Shown: in pieces, positions 1-13,418 of the stretch
How the letters are laid out: each line of letters begins with the position of its first letter
Position numbering within the stretch: position 1 is the first letter of the stretch
DNA from: Antedon mediterranea
Lineage: Eukaryota; Animalia; Echinodermata
Length of the DNA: 64,000 bases
Direction: 5' to 3'
Assembly: GCF_964355755.1 (NCBI RefSeq)
Contig: NC_092677.1
Coordinates: forward strand, 26,089,175 to 26,153,174
The notes under the pieces: generated by a model
What the model saw: the letters and a program-made list of their open reading frames with translations, nothing else
The model's database searches: none
Told to the model about the DNA's origin: nothing
Translations under genes and position numbers: made by a program

Positions 1-1190
1 ACCACACCGTTGTCATTTTTTCAATGCTTATTTTATTTGTATCTCCATTGAGATCCAGCCACTGATAACCACACCGTTGTAATTTTTCAATGCTTATTTT
101 ATTTGTATCTCCATTGAAATCCAGCCACTGATAACCACACCGTTGTCATTTTTCAATGCTTATTTTATTTGTATCTCCATTGAAATCCAGCCACTGATAA
201 CCACACCGTTGTCATTTTTCAATGCTTATTTTATTTGTATCTCCATTGAAATCCAGCCACTGATAACCACACCGTTGTCATTTTTCAATGCTTATTTTAT
301 TTGTATCTCCATTGAAATCCAGCCACTGATAACCACACCGTTGTCATTTTTCAATGCTTATTTTATTTGTATCTCCATTGAAATCCAGCCACTGATAACC
401 ACACCGTTGTCATTTTTCAATGCTTATTTTATTTGTATCTCCATTGAAATCCAGCCACTGATAACCACACCGTTGTCATTTTTCAATGCTTATTTTATTT
501 GTATCTCCATTGAAATCCAGCCACTGATAACCACACCGTTGTCATTTTTCAATGCTTATTTTATTTGTATCTCCATTGAAATCCAGCCACTGATAACCAC
601 ACCGTTGTAATTTTTTCAGTGCTTATTACCTCCGCCAAGGAGGTTATGTTTTCACCCGTGTGTTTGTGTGTGTGTCTGTGAACAGCCTGGAGGCCACAGT
701 TTTTATCCGATTCTAACCAAATTTGGACACAATGATCTATTCCCAAAAAGCTCGGACGAGTTCGAATTTGAGGGGGAAAGGTCATAGGTCAAGGTCACAA
801 CTAACAAAAAACTATTTTACTGTCTAGAGACCACAGTTTTGATCCGATTCTCACCAAACTTAGCCACAATGATCAATGACACATCATATAATTGTGGTTA
901 CATTTTGAAGGGTCAGGGTCAAAGATCAAGGTCCACAAAAAAAAAAAAGTTATGTAGAGGAATTTTACAGTAGGCGGAGGTTTGTACTCTCGGAGTACCC
1001 TCTAGTTTTATTTGTATCTCCATTGAAATCCAGCCACTGATATCCACAGCATTGTCATTTTTTTAGTGCTTATTTTATTTGTATCTCCATTGAAATCCAG
1101 CCACTGATACCTACAGCATTGTCATTTTTCAATGCTTATTTTATTTGTATCTCCATTGAAATCCAGCCACTGATACCTATAGCGTTATTT
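1..1190. repeat. 60-bp tandem repeat array (about 10 near-perfect copies at 1-627, 3 diverged copies at 1006-1190), intronic
   Basis: The unit GTCATTTTTCAATGCTTATTTTATTTGTATCTCCATTGAAATCCAGCCACTGATAACCACACCGTT recurs every 60 bp; the array is interrupted at 628-1005 by an insertion. Confidence 0.97.
628..1005 (+). mobile_element. HINE/DINE-1-like non-autonomous Helentron derivative inserted in the 60-bp array
   Basis: Subterminal IRs ACCTCCGCC (628-636) and GGCGGAGGT (973-981); (GT)n microsatellite near the 5' end; 3' hairpin GTACTC-TCG-GAGTAC (984-998); ends CTAG; inserted in a T-run of the host repeat with no TSD. Confidence 0.75.
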
Positions 1191-1284
1191 TATTTGTACT
1201 TGAAACACAGCATTGTTTTTTAGGTGATTTTCCTATGATATTATTTATAATTAAGTAAGTTTTTATTTTGTGGTTTATTCACAG

Positions 1285-2676
1285 TTGAGTATAAAGCATT
1301 TTGATAGAAGGCGACTTAGACATATTGAACTTGAAGAAAGCGTGTTACATTTGGTAGCAGAAGAAGAAGAACCAATTGACATTGTTGATAAAAACAAATG
1401 TGATGATAAAAATAGGAAATTGGATGAAAGTAGCAGTGATGAAACAACGTTAGAGGGAAGGAATTTGGAACTTTCTGGAACAAAATCTGCATCTAAGTTG
1501 AAAGATGATTCTAGTGACAGCAAGAATATCAATAACAGTTCCTCTTTCGAATCAAATTCGGAAGAAACAAACTCACAATCGAATGTTTGTTCAACTCAAT
1601 TGGATACATCTGTAATTAAAGATATAACTGGTTTTAATGATACCAATATCTCAAGTACTGAATCAAAGTTTAAAGAAATTGACTCAAAATCAAATATTTC
1701 TACAACTCAATTGGATAAATCTCAATTGGATACATCTGTAATTAAAGATATAACTGGTTTTAATGATACCAATATCTCATGTACTGAATCAAAGTGTAAA
1801 GAAATTGACTCGCAATTAAATATTTCTACAACTCAATTGGATAAATCTCAATTGGATACATCTGTAATGAAACATTTATTTGGTTTTGATGATACCAATA
1901 TTTCAAGTTCTGAATCAAAGTTTGAATTTAAGAAAACGAACTCAGAATCTACTGATTCGCAGTCAGATACTATACAGGACACAACTGGTTCTGATCTATA
2001 TAATGTTTCTGAGACAGATGTTATTTCTGAAGATGTTTTTGCAATTAATGAGGATGAACAAATAAGTTTGAATGACTCCAATAATTCAGATAACTTTAAA
2101 ATGTTAGAAGATGAAAAAAGTGAATTTCTTGCTGATAAACGGACTGATGATGGAATCAAAAATGGAAACATTGTTGAAGAAAACCATGTCATGGAAAACA
2201 GTGAAGATGTTTTACAAAAGGTAGAAGATGAAGAAAAGAAGAAAGAAAATGATGAAAGAAAAATTAAAGAAGAAGAAGATGATATAAAAGGTGAAGAAAA
2301 AGAGGTAAGGGAATGTGAAGAAAAAGTAGATAAAAGAAAAGATGAAGAAAATGAAGAAGTAACTGGAAAAGAACCAAAGGAAATGGTAGATCTATCAGGT
2401 AGTATACCCTCTGATTCTTCAACTTTTACTCAAACACATTCACGAGGACATTCAAATGTCTCCGTAGAAGATATGGTCACGTTGACGTTAGACATGCGCG
2501 ATAATTACTTTCGCGTCGAGAGCGACGAAGATGCTATCGAAGAGAAACGTAATTGGGACAGAGACCGGCCGTCATTAGTCTCAAGTAAGCTTCTGAATAC
2601 AAATACAGAACAAGCCATTGAGCATCTTGACAGTCCATTGACCGATTCAGACGTTGATAATCTAGTAGAAAGTTAG
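1285..2676 (+). CDS. Terminal coding exon of an unidentified gene starting upstream of the window: acidic, Ser/Glu/Lys-rich disordered tail with an N-terminal beta-thymosin/WH2-like motif and three 42-aa repeats
   Basis: 1.4-kb ORF in AT-rich DNA; pyrimidine tract plus CAG acceptor ending at 1284 in phase 0; TAG stop at 2674-2676; LSIKHFDRRRLRHIELEE at exon start. Confidence 0.8.
   Translation: MSIKHFDRRRLRHIELEESVLHLVAEEEEPIDIVDKNKCDDKNRKLDESSSDETTLEGRNLELSGTKSASKLKDDSSDSKNINNSSSFESNSEETNSQSNVCSTQLDTSVIKDITGFNDTNISSTESKFKEIDSKSNISTTQLDKSQLDTSVIKDITGFNDTNISCTESKCKEIDSQLNISTTQLDKSQLDTSVMKHLFGFDDTNISSSESKFEFKKTNSESTDSQSDTIQDTTGSDLYNVSETDVISEDVFAINEDEQISLNDSNNSDNFKMLEDEKSEFLADKRTDDGIKNGNIVEENHVMENSEDVLQKVEDEEKKKENDERKIKEEEDDIKGEEKEVRECEEKVDKRKDEENEEVTGKEPKEMVDLSGSIPSDSSTFTQTHSRGHSNVSVEDMVTLTLDMRDNYFRVESDEDAIEEKRNWDRDRPSLVSSKLLNTNTEQAIEHLDSPLTDSDVDNLVES
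1591..1920 (+). repeat. Coding tandem repeat, 126 bp / 42 aa, about 2.6 copies
   Basis: CAATTGGATACATCTGTAAT at 1597, 1723 and 1849; protein unit QLDTSVIKDITGFNDTNISSTESK... Confidence 0.9.
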
Positions 2677-4787
2677 AATGACTTAAATAATCAGTTTGCG
2701 TTTTTGCAATTATCCTGGCGACGATAGAGCTTAGTGCAGCGCTGGCAATAAGCTGTAATGTAAGCCTAGGAGCTTGAGTTCATTAGACAGATGTCGTCTT
2801 TATGTCGGATCAAGATAGATGGTTTTTTGTTAAACAATTATTCAGGCTCATTTGTTTTCTCAATATTTTCATCATTCCATAGATATTTTAATAATTATTA
2901 TTTTTGGAGCTACACCAAAGTGCTAATAACAAGTAAAAATTATTAATGAATTTTCTATCAGTTTGCTTTGATGGTAGACATTTTGTTTAAAATTAAATCA
3001 TTGTAGTGATTAACCTTGTTTCTATATAAAATGCCAACATGTACCAGTACTCACTGCCTGATAATATTCCAATATTAAATTCACGACCTTTTCTGTTTTT
3101 GGATTACAACTTGCTATCTAATGTGGCCTTTCACCTTTAACCACCCTCACCTCTGTATCTAATTTATTCAGTATCAGGTAAATTCTTTGATACAGTGTCA
3201 TACGTATCACATATGACGCCTGTATCATATCTTCTGAATTACACCCAGTTTATACTACCCTCACCCCGGTACTGTATCTATGATTATACAGTATCAGGAA
3301 AATCCTGTGATACATATGTATCACTATATGACGCCTTTATCATATCTTCTGAGTTACACTCAGTTTGCCCTATCCTATAGTAGTGTTAAGGTTGCTGCTA
3401 CCAACTGTAGTAGTCTGGAAACACAGTCATCCTAAAGAAATTAGCCTCCCCGTCTATTGCCGCGTATTTAAGTGGTGATTATTTGAGTTGGGTAATGGCT
3501 ATGTTTTCCCATGTTGATTTTTTCACAGAAATGCAGCCTTTTTATTTATTTCTGTTTTAAAAGATGAAGATAATTACTAGCGATTGAACTACATGAAAAC
3601 TACCTGTTTCATAATTTATATCAGCATTTTTTATTCGCGATGCACTTAAACCATTGAGTTTTGTCAATTATTTTAATATTCAAGTTGAAGTACTGTACCT
3701 CTAATAATGTATTAATTAGTTAACATTCACTAACCGCGCACGCTATCTACGTGCGCTAAATACGTACATACACCCATGTTCGCTTATTATGCGTCGGTGG
3801 CCTATATAAATGGATAAACAGCTATTTCGTACACTGCCGTCACATGTGCACACGTAATGACGCGTTACAAGTAATACTGTATTAAGAAAGAAAAATAATA
3901 TTTCTCAATGAAGAATTTTTTTCAATAAGGGATGTCTCGGTGGTACGTCGACCATATCAAATGGAATTTTTTTCTGAACTGTCCTGTGTTTTGAGAACAA
4001 GATATGATATAATACCGTGATGAATGACTGTCAACTTGTATCGTATCTGCAATAGATCGTCATTATGAACAAATTCTTTTTGAAACTCGGAAAACATAAG
4101 TGATGGATTTATGAAGATTTTCTGTATTGCGAATATTTTTTTTCTCCACTTATATCTTTTTTTCTATCAGTAAATATATAGAGATAATAATATCTCTATG
4201 GTAAAATATATAGGATATTATATGTAAATAAAATATTTAGAAATTTCTATAAAACAAACGCTAATTCCATTTAAAACTCTTTAGGAATATTTGTTAATGT
4301 ATTATAAGTATAATATCTATATCCACCAAAAACACGTAAATTAAGTAAACTGTTTTTTATTACGTCAATAAATGATTTCAAAACAAATTTTTTAGACGAT
4401 TTTGTTAATTATTGATTTACCCCCTGATTCTCGTGACATATTTCATGTATCGTGCCAGTATCATGCAACTTTTGTAATACAGTGATACCGATTTAGAATC
4501 AATCGATTTTACGTTTTATTATTCTCTTATTCTATTATTCTCTCCTTATTAGTTTCGTTCTTTCATTTGTTTTTATTTTTAGCAAGTGTTTTCAGTTTGA
4601 ATGAAAAGTTAGTAGGCCTTACAATAAAGTGAGAGATTGAAAAAAAAAAGCATTATATCCAAACATGGAGGAATTGTTCCTCGGGACACTGAGCTCGCCT
4701 TGCCAAGATAGGAACTCGTAACAGTCCTTTGATCTTGTCTGGCTGCGACACATCAACAGTGCTATTCTTTTATGTACATATTCATAA

Positions 4788-4966
4788 AGCGTGGTTACCA
4801 CTAGCGACGCAACGCAAGGACGTAACGCAACGAAAGTGAATTGACCAATCACAAGCGATGGCTTATTCGCTTGTGATTTCTAACTCTGTATAACTTCGCT
4901 TGTCATTGGTTAAAACGCTTGCGTTGCGTTTATGTCCTTGCGTTACGTTCTAGTGGGAACCAAGCT
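4788..4966. mobile_element. Harbinger/PIF-type MITE family A (~180 bp); further copies at 5907-6089, 35816-35994, 36176-36354, 38595-38773, 44028-44203, 44223-44401, 46671-46849; variants or partials at ~8458-8614, 10980-11603, 20942-21103, 37688-37838
   Basis: TIRs AGC(T/G)TGGTTCCCACTAG...CTAGTGGGAACCA(A/C)GCT; mostly TTA/TAA flanks; shared core ACCAATGACAAGCGAAGTTATAGACAGTTAGCAATCACAAGCG. Confidence 0.85.
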
Positions 4967-7329
4967 TGGGTGGAACTTATCGTGTCGCATCCAGAGATAA
5001 AGCATTTGATCGCCGGAGCCCAGAATCCTGTTGTTAGATTTTCTATTATCCTACACTATCATTGTTTATCCAGTTGAGGTATTAACCCACTCAAATGTAA
5101 TTAACTCAAAAATAGTAATACAGTATTATTAATGAGAATATGAGTGGTATGTCAAACGAAAACTGACGTTATTCAACAATTTATTAGCCTACTAGTAAAA
5201 TACAAAAACAAGTTTTAAATCAATTAATATAATAAAGATCAACAGTTATTCAGATTGAAAGTGACGTTGTTTATTTTAATTTAATTTAAATATAGTTCAC
5301 TTCATGTTTGAGCTATCACTACGAGTTAGCGTCGTGTATATAATAATTGTTTATTTAACACAGAAGTGTGATTTTTGGAAACAATAAATCCCAAGGCAAA
5401 ATTGGTTATCAACCATTGAGGCTATCACAAATAGACGTAAATTAAACGCGTGCGCGTACAGAATATCAACACTTAGACGCGCGTGTCTGTTATGTGCCTC
5501 TTTATACGCGCGCGTAAAAAATCTGTATCATTTTTTCAACGACTTGCGCATACAGATTATCAACACTTAGACGCGAGTGTTTGTTCCGTGCCTCTTTATA
5601 CGCGCGCGTATAAAATCGTTATCATTTTTCAACTACTTGCGCATACAGATATACTTAGACGCGCGTGTCTGTTCTGTACCTCCTTCTCCGCGCACGTACC
5701 AATCTGTATCATTTTATCATTTACTTGACACTTTCTATTTCGCTCATTACTGACCATTTTCCAATCTTCTGAAATGAAAAAACAACGTATAGTGATATAT
5801 TTGTTCATTTCGGTAGTGATTATTTTTCTCACGAAAATATTTATAGGAGCATGTCAGTTCTGATTTCTCTTTTATTTTCTCTTCGACTATTCCATTTCAC
5901 GTGTTAAGCGTGGTTCCCACCCACTAGCGATGCAACACAAGGACATAACGCAACGCAAGTGAATTGACCAATCACAAGCGTTGGCTTATTCGCTTGTGAT
6001 TGCTAACTGTCTATAACTTCGCTTGTCATTGGTTAAAACGCTTGCGTTGCGTTTACGTCCTTGCGTTACGTTCTAGTGGGAACCAAGCTTTAGGACTACG
6101 CGGTTTTAGCGGATTGATTCTGGGTACAGGCGACGAGCTAGCGTCATACAAATGTAAACGCAATCGCCTGATTAGACCTACCACGGAAGGGTGATTTATA
6201 CTCTTGCTCCCGCTAGGCCTACTAAAGCAGCATATAATGTAATCTTTTAAAAACCTGTCATTCATCATTATATCCTGTGTTACGATTGGTCGATTCAGAA
6301 CAGTTATTATTGGATAATCTATAAGAATGTTATTATATAATAGGTTCTTTATGAAGTTAAGTGTTTAATCAAAAACCTATTAATTATCTTATCTACGGTA
6401 TAATTCAAAAACGTAATTATAGTAGCTTCGTTATGAGCTCTTGTTTATAACAAGTGGATCTTGACCACTCATTGCGTTTTGTAATCCACGCTAGTTTATG
6501 GTCTTCTTCAGAGATTATCATTTCCGAGAAAAAACCCATTAGAACTGTAATGCGACACTGATTAATAACCTAATCAAGTGTATAGCCTATCTTTTTTTTA
6601 CCCTAAACGATTTCTTAAGTTTACACATGCGCATGTGGTTGCGTTTGAATTTTGTTTGGAGGATTTATCAATCAATTTCTCCTCTTTGATCTTTTAGGTT
6701 AGTGCGTAATACTTATAGTGCTTTAGATTGTATCATCTTATATCAGTATGTGATACAGTACTGCATGATGAATGATACAATAATGTGTTTAAATTATTTT
6801 GTCCCGCATGGACCCATACAAAAATGTACCCTACCGTTTGGTTGTTTGTTTAGCCAATTTGGTGCTTGCCGTTTTTTATATTATTGGTGTGGCGGTTTGT
6901 GAATGTTGATGCTTGCTAATGTTGAATGGTTGATGCTGTGGCGGTTTGTCAGTCAGTGGCTTGTGGCTAAATATTTCGGTAAAAATGAGCATGAAAAACG
7001 AATTTAAAAATAGATTTAAAAAAAAAGTTGCAAGAAACATTCCATATTTTCAACGATTTACGATGCATTAATCATTTGCGAATGAAACTGCCTAGCGGAT
7101 AAGTAAATATCGAAATAGTTTTGGCTCGGTAGACGATTAACCCCGAAATTCCTATATCCTCTGTACAAAAGATTTTTTCCCCATTTCTTAGGGCTGTTTT
7201 CTATGCCAAACCGTCATCCCCGAAATGTAGGCCTACTATTACAGTCAGAATTATATAACAGTATACCGGTATACTACGTGTTGAAGACATAAAATGAAAC
7301 TTTTTGGAACCTTTTCATATCATCTTTAA

Positions 7330-7535
7330 AGCTTGGTTCCCACTAGCGACGCAACGTAACGCAATTTACTCAACATGCGCAAATGCCTTCCAATAATTGT
7401 GTTTTCCCTCGCCTACGTGAAATCAAACCTACGATGTTTTCAGCACTATTGCGTCGTCGGTTCCCACTTGTGACTACGCAATACAGCACTTGGCGTCAAT
7501 ACGTCGCTGCGTTGCGTTCTAGTGGGAACCACGCT
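7330..7535. mobile_element. Harbinger/PIF-type MITE family B (~205 bp); further copies at 8171-8388, 17412-17617, 17676-17874, 20103-20293, 22395-22582 (partial), 36360-36737 (nested), 38383-38591, 41145-41367, 42815-43021, 43431-43642
   Basis: Same TIR core as family A, different interior (GCCCCCGCCTGCGTGAAATCAAACCTGCGATG); TAA TSD at 7327-7329 and 7536-7538. Confidence 0.85.
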
Positions 7536-10500
7536 TAATGCTATGTATTTGTTGGTCAACATGGTAGTACCGTATTGGTGTTAGGTTCATGGTTGATTAA
7601 TTTACACGGTTCAAAATAAATTATCTAGAATAATTGTTTCACAACCGACCTGATTTTATTGCAAAAGATTATACAGATATTCACCAATAAACGATTTATA
7701 CATTTTAGATTACAAGTTACATTTTTTTCAAGATCAAAATACGTTAATTTACTAATCTAATCTCACTCAAGTGATTTTTGAAAATGCAATTGAACAATAT
7801 AAATATAATTATTAATAATAATAAATTTCATTCGTATAGTGCAATTATATATATCAGTAACAATGGTTAAATTTGAACTTAAAACAAGAATAAAATGCCG
7901 ACTTAATTAAATTTAAAAATTAATATTTTATATAAAAATAAAAATCGACCGACCATACGTAATTGTAAGAAGAGCACCTAAAAAACAAGTGCAATATATA
8001 TAAATGAAATGTTTTTTTATCCTGTATAAATATGTTTTAAAATAAATAAAAAATAAATAAAAACGAGAATAAAGTAGTCAAAGGTAGGCCTATGCCAGTT
8101 TATGTTACCCAAATTGTAAACTAAAAAAAATACAAAGTGGTTAAAAACATAGTAAGCCATTTTAAACTAAAGCTTGGTTCACACTTAGCGACGCAACGTT
8201 ACGCAATCTACGCAACGTAAGAAAATGCCCTTCCAATAATTGTGTTTGCCCCCGCCTGCCTGAAATCAAACGTGAGATGTTTGCAGCACTGTTAATTGCG
8301 TCGTCGGTTCACAATTGTGATTACGCAATACAGCACTTTGCGTCAATACTTTGCTGCGGTGCATTGCGTCACTAGTGGGAACCACGCTTAAGGTGAAATT
8401 AAATCGGCGTTACATAGCCTACAGGTCAGTCAATATAAATGTATTATTCATCTGTTCAGCTTGGTTCTCACTGGGACGTAACACAATGACGTAAACGCAA
8501 CGCAAACGTGTTGACCAATGACAAGCGACCATTCGAATAATCCATCGCTTGTGATCGGTCAATTCACTTACATTGCGTTACGTCCTTGTCTTGCGTCTCA
8601 AGTGGGAACCAAGCATTACTATAATTTTACCGTTTCATTCGTTAAAGATTTGAAAAAATAAAACTAGTATGCTGTGATAAATCGAATATAAGCGATGGTC
8701 CGACTTCATTAAATGTACATTATTATTTATTCGTCTTCTTTCATTTCGTTATTCTCACTTCACCTAGTCATTAGCGCCCAGAGTAATATAAACGATAGTT
8801 TTTAAATAATAAAACGATGAATTGTGCATTCATGTCTTTGAGGCGTTACAATAAATTGTCATGACACCACAAATAGTCACAAAGCTGACACCGTGCAAAA
8901 GTCGTATCAACATTTTCATCAGTTTGTGACAAGTTATGAATATGCTGACGTTTTAATCGTTAATACGACCGACAATTGCAAGTAAAATTGACATGTCAAA
9001 TTGAATGCCTTTTCTCCAGTAAATTTAACGAAAAATATTCAGCGAAAAATGTTTTTTTTTTGTAACACTTTCTGAATATTCTGACGTTTTAATCGTCAAC
9101 ACGACCGACAATCGCAAGTGAAATTGACAAATTAAATGCCTTTTTTCCCAGTAAATTTAAAGTATTCATCGAAAATGGTTTTTTTTTGTATTATAAACAA
9201 AACTATTAATTTCGCGTCCGGGATTTTTTCATTAGGAAAAAGAGCTTTGTTTAGTATTGTGATGTACCATAAGAAATTTTAAAAGCCCATGTTACGGTTT
9301 ACCGGAACGCTTGACACACTCTGCAATTATGTAATTTTCACGAGAAATTGATTGATTCTTTAAAGCTATATTGTCCCTCTAAAATTATAATTTTGTTGTT
9401 GAATATTCCATTTTACTGTCACATTGACCAAAAACTAGATCGAAAAAAAAGTATTTACCCGAAAAAAATGTAATTTAAAGCAAAAAATACTTAAATTGTC
9501 TGTCAGACAATGGTTTTTGGTTTAAATTAACCGTTTCTTTTTTTTCTTTTTTATAAGTTAATAATTATTTATATTTTTTTTTTACAGAAGTGAATAACTT
9601 GATTAAAACTTCAAAATGGCCTATTTAAAGTCTGATTTAATTAATCTTCATTTTTCATGTTTTTAGACAATACATCTTTAAATTTGTCTTGAATGTGACC
9701 ACAAACAAGTATGCCATAGTAGGAAATATAATGCGACTCGTGTGAATAGACGAAAGAGTGAATAATGGAGGAATGAATGTTTTGTACGGATGAATAGAAC
9801 ACTGAAGTGTCGGTATAAGCACCTCCGATACACATGATACCTCAAATGCCTACATACACGAGGTAATTAGATAGTTAATTAATATGAGTGAAGAAGTATC
9901 AATTTTGAGAGTAATCAAAATATATGATAGTGTCCATGAGGGATTTGCCAATTTGCGTGCTTAAATTGAATAATGTTGTGAATTTAATTATTTATTAGTA
10001 TGTCGTGAAAGCCCATAGACGTTAATTTATTTTTAAACGGTTTCCTCGCGAATGAAATCTGTCTGTAATCCTATCCTGTATCGGATAGATTTCAATTCTA
10101 CACGTACATGTTTGAACCTCTCTGCATCACTGTGTATACTGTTTGAAATGTGCGGGTTTCTTCGAATAAAATTTGAAATTTAAGTTTGACGTAGCGCAAC
10201 GAGTTGACCAATTACAAGCGACTTCAGATGATGTATTGCGTCGTGATTGGTCAAACTACTTGAGTGGCGTTTACGTCATTTCCAAATGAAAACCAATCAA
10301 CTAGCCTACTTGAAAAATAACACACGGAAATATCACGCTGATATTTTTGAGTGAATTTTTCGAGAAATAACTTTAAAAAAAATTTTATACGAAGAGTGAG
10401 CTGGTCATTTACGCGTGTCGCTTTCGAAGGCAATGGATATAAAGCGTTATTAGAATCGAAGGTAATAAATAAAGTATTGTATACGTACACGAACAGTACC

Positions 10501-13151
10501 CAAAGTAGGACGTCCTCTTGGTAATTGACACCTGATGCTTTTGATATCAAATTTGGCACGCACATAACAATATATAATTTGTAAGAAGCTAAAAATAATC
10601 AACAACAACTGTGACATTTTATTTCAAATTCTGCCAGTTGTTTAAAAGCAAGGGAATAGAATTGATTGAAACGTGCATTATTATGCATGATTGTCTCATG
10701 AAAACAAAACATGTTTGTTTAAAAAAGTCACTTTCTGTTTAAAAAAAACTGTGTTGAGGGAAAGCCTATTGCTAAAAAGTGCCGGTTAGTAATAAACTAT
10801 CTGTTCGGCTCTTGGCATTTTAGTAGCAGCATGGTTTTAATAACAATTCTAATCATCCCAGAGCAGACTATTAACAACAAATGGAAATAATTGCCTGCTG
10901 CTTTAACACTCGCACACGTGACCACAGTTCCCGCGCGTATAACGCACCGGCGCCTACAACAAGTTTACAATCTCTCTTACGCTTGATTTCCACTAGGACG
11001 TAAGCCGGAACGCAAGCGAATTGACCAATTACAAACGGCAGTTCAGAATATAATCCATCGCTTTTAAGCTTGGTTCCGGCCCCCCACTATCGACGCAACG
11101 CAAGGACGTAACGCAACGTAAGCGAGTCGACCAATCGATGCGATGGATTATTCGAACAGTCGCTTGTGATTGGTCAACTCGCTTGCGTTGCGTCTACGTC
11201 TTTGCGTTGCGTAGCTAGTGGGAACCACGCTTTATTAGTCAATTCGCTTAAGCTTGGTTCCCACTAGGACGCAACGCAAGGACGTAACGCCGACTGTGAT
11301 TTGACCAATCACAAGTGATGGATTATTCGAACATTGGCTTGTCATTGGTCAACTGCGTTGCGTCCAAGCTGTTTTTTTTAACGATTTCTGTTTCTGAGAC
11401 GCAACACAAGACGTATGACAACATAAGTTTAGATTATTCAAACTTTCGTTTGTCATTGGTCAATTCGCTTACGTTGCGTTTACGTCCTTGCGTTACGTTC
11501 TAGTGGGAACCAAGCTTAAACAATCACAAGCAACAGTTCGAATAAGCTTGTGATTAGTCAAATCGTTACGTTCTTGTGTTGCGTCTCCAGTGGGAACAAA
11601 GCTTTAACCTGCTGCCTACTGTAGTGGATAATGTTGCGTATTGAGCAATTGAATACAATCAATGACAACGTATATTGTAATAATTTGCTTCGATCCGAGT
11701 TCACAATTGTATCATAAGCAAATTAGTCCAGATTCTATGTATAGGCCTAGACTTACGTCAGATGTAACCATATTCATAATGAACCATTGTACTTTATTTC
11801 CGTCATGTTCAGCTTTCGGTCGTTGCTAGCCTTCTGTAGGCTAGTAAAATCGATGCGCATGTTCTTTCATTCTATCCATCATATCGCCACGTTTATCCTT
11901 TCTTTTATTCATCCTCTCACTATTCATTCAGTTCATCTACTTGTTTACATACTTTATCATGTATTTAACCGCGGTATCATTACGTCATTGTGTAGGTTTG
12001 TTATGATGAGACTTTTATTAATGATTTAATAACGGTCAGGTTAATATACGAAACTATGCAGAATAACAACACTAAATGGGTTAAAAATGTGATGAATTAA
12101 TCACGTGACGCGCGATGTGAACTAGCAAAGCCAAAGTAACGATTGTATTAAAGGCGTACAGAATTGTGACGTCAGAACTTGGCAATTCCTGGATCTTAAA
12201 GTACTGTACAAACAAAAAAATCAACAGAAATGCGTAAATTACTAATTGTAACAAGTTATAAATTAGTACTGAAGGTGAAAGTCGATCACCAAACCCACCC
12301 CCTGACCCTAAAATATACACCCTGGCAAGAGTTGTGCTAACGGTGGTGCGTGCGTGAACAAGAATATATACCGCCATTTTGTTTTCAAAGCATTACAAAT
12401 TATTAATAATATAATACCAAACATCATGAAATATGCATTAGTTATAACATCTTCCGGTCACGCTTTACATGAAACTCGATTCCAAACTTAATACGTCTGA
12501 TTTATAGTTTCGAACGAAAGAAATAATATATAAACTTAACTTAATATTGCACTTAAGAGTATAAACAGGGAGTTGCAATTACAACTCCCTGGTGTATAAA
12601 TACGCTGTATATATTTTCTCCCCCCGCCCACCCCACAGACGTTATTATTAATACTAATAAATTTACTAGTTTTTTAAATATACCCCTTAAACCTTGCTGC
12701 TGAACCAATTGGAGTCGCCGAAATTACACACCTGACATTCAGCAACCAATCCCTACTCTCCAATTAGCAGTTTTATTTGTGATTGTAAATAGTTCAAATG
12801 ATGTAACTTTTCCAAGGATTTGGACCAAACACTTCCTAAACCATTACACCACCACTGGCTGATATGTGCGCAGTCTTTCATTCGTATATAATAATGAAAA
12901 TGTGAACCATATTGATAAAATAAATTTAAGTCTAAACTTTTTTTGTGCCGGATTTAGTTTCAGCAATTATTGATCCTCTGTTGTTATTCTTCTATTATCT
13001 CATCACTAGTTGATATTATTATAGTAATTCTGTAAAATGTGATAGTCGTATGATATTCGAAGCAGCGATCTCGTGATAAATCATCTTTTGTAACAATCAG
13101 TAATAAATGTAAAATAATATTTATGTATTCACACTAGAGATATTGGAAGGC

Positions 13152-13418
13152 TCATAAATGATCATCGTAGTTACAATTATTATCTATGTATGATGACTGT
13201 CCTTCTAGATGATTCGCTTCACCGTTCAACGGTTGAAGCTCCTCGTGTAGGCCCAATGACTCCATTGACTGTCGAGTTTTCTTGCAAACTTGAACCGATT
13301 CTAGGGCTTTAGAAGCCTCTGCAGCTGCGGCTAATTCTTGCTTTAGATGGGGGTTGCCTAGCCTCATACTCTTGTCTCTGAGTATTTCCAGTTGCATATA
13401 CAGTCGTCGTAATTCGAC
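13152..13418 (-). CDS. GPR158-like exon 11 (coiled-coil and stop)
   Basis: VELRRLYMQLEILRDKSMRLGNPHLKQEL..DDHL*; resembles the GPR158 ELKKLYAQLE..NNPHL helix. Confidence 0.88.
   Translation of the reverse strand, partial: VELRRLYMQLEILRDKSMRLGNPHLKQELAAAAEASKALESVQVCKKTRQSMESLGLHEELQPLNGEANHLEGQSSYIDNNCNYDDHL

Noticed and set aside
143-610. 155-aa repetitive ORF
   Set aside because: Translation of the 60-bp tandem repeat with a non-ATG start; neighbouring units carry stops and indels
6000-6194. Recurring short ORFs (MLTVYNFACHWLKRLRC.., ..LRSSGNHAL)
   Set aside because: Translations of MITE A/B sequence; no transposase motifs
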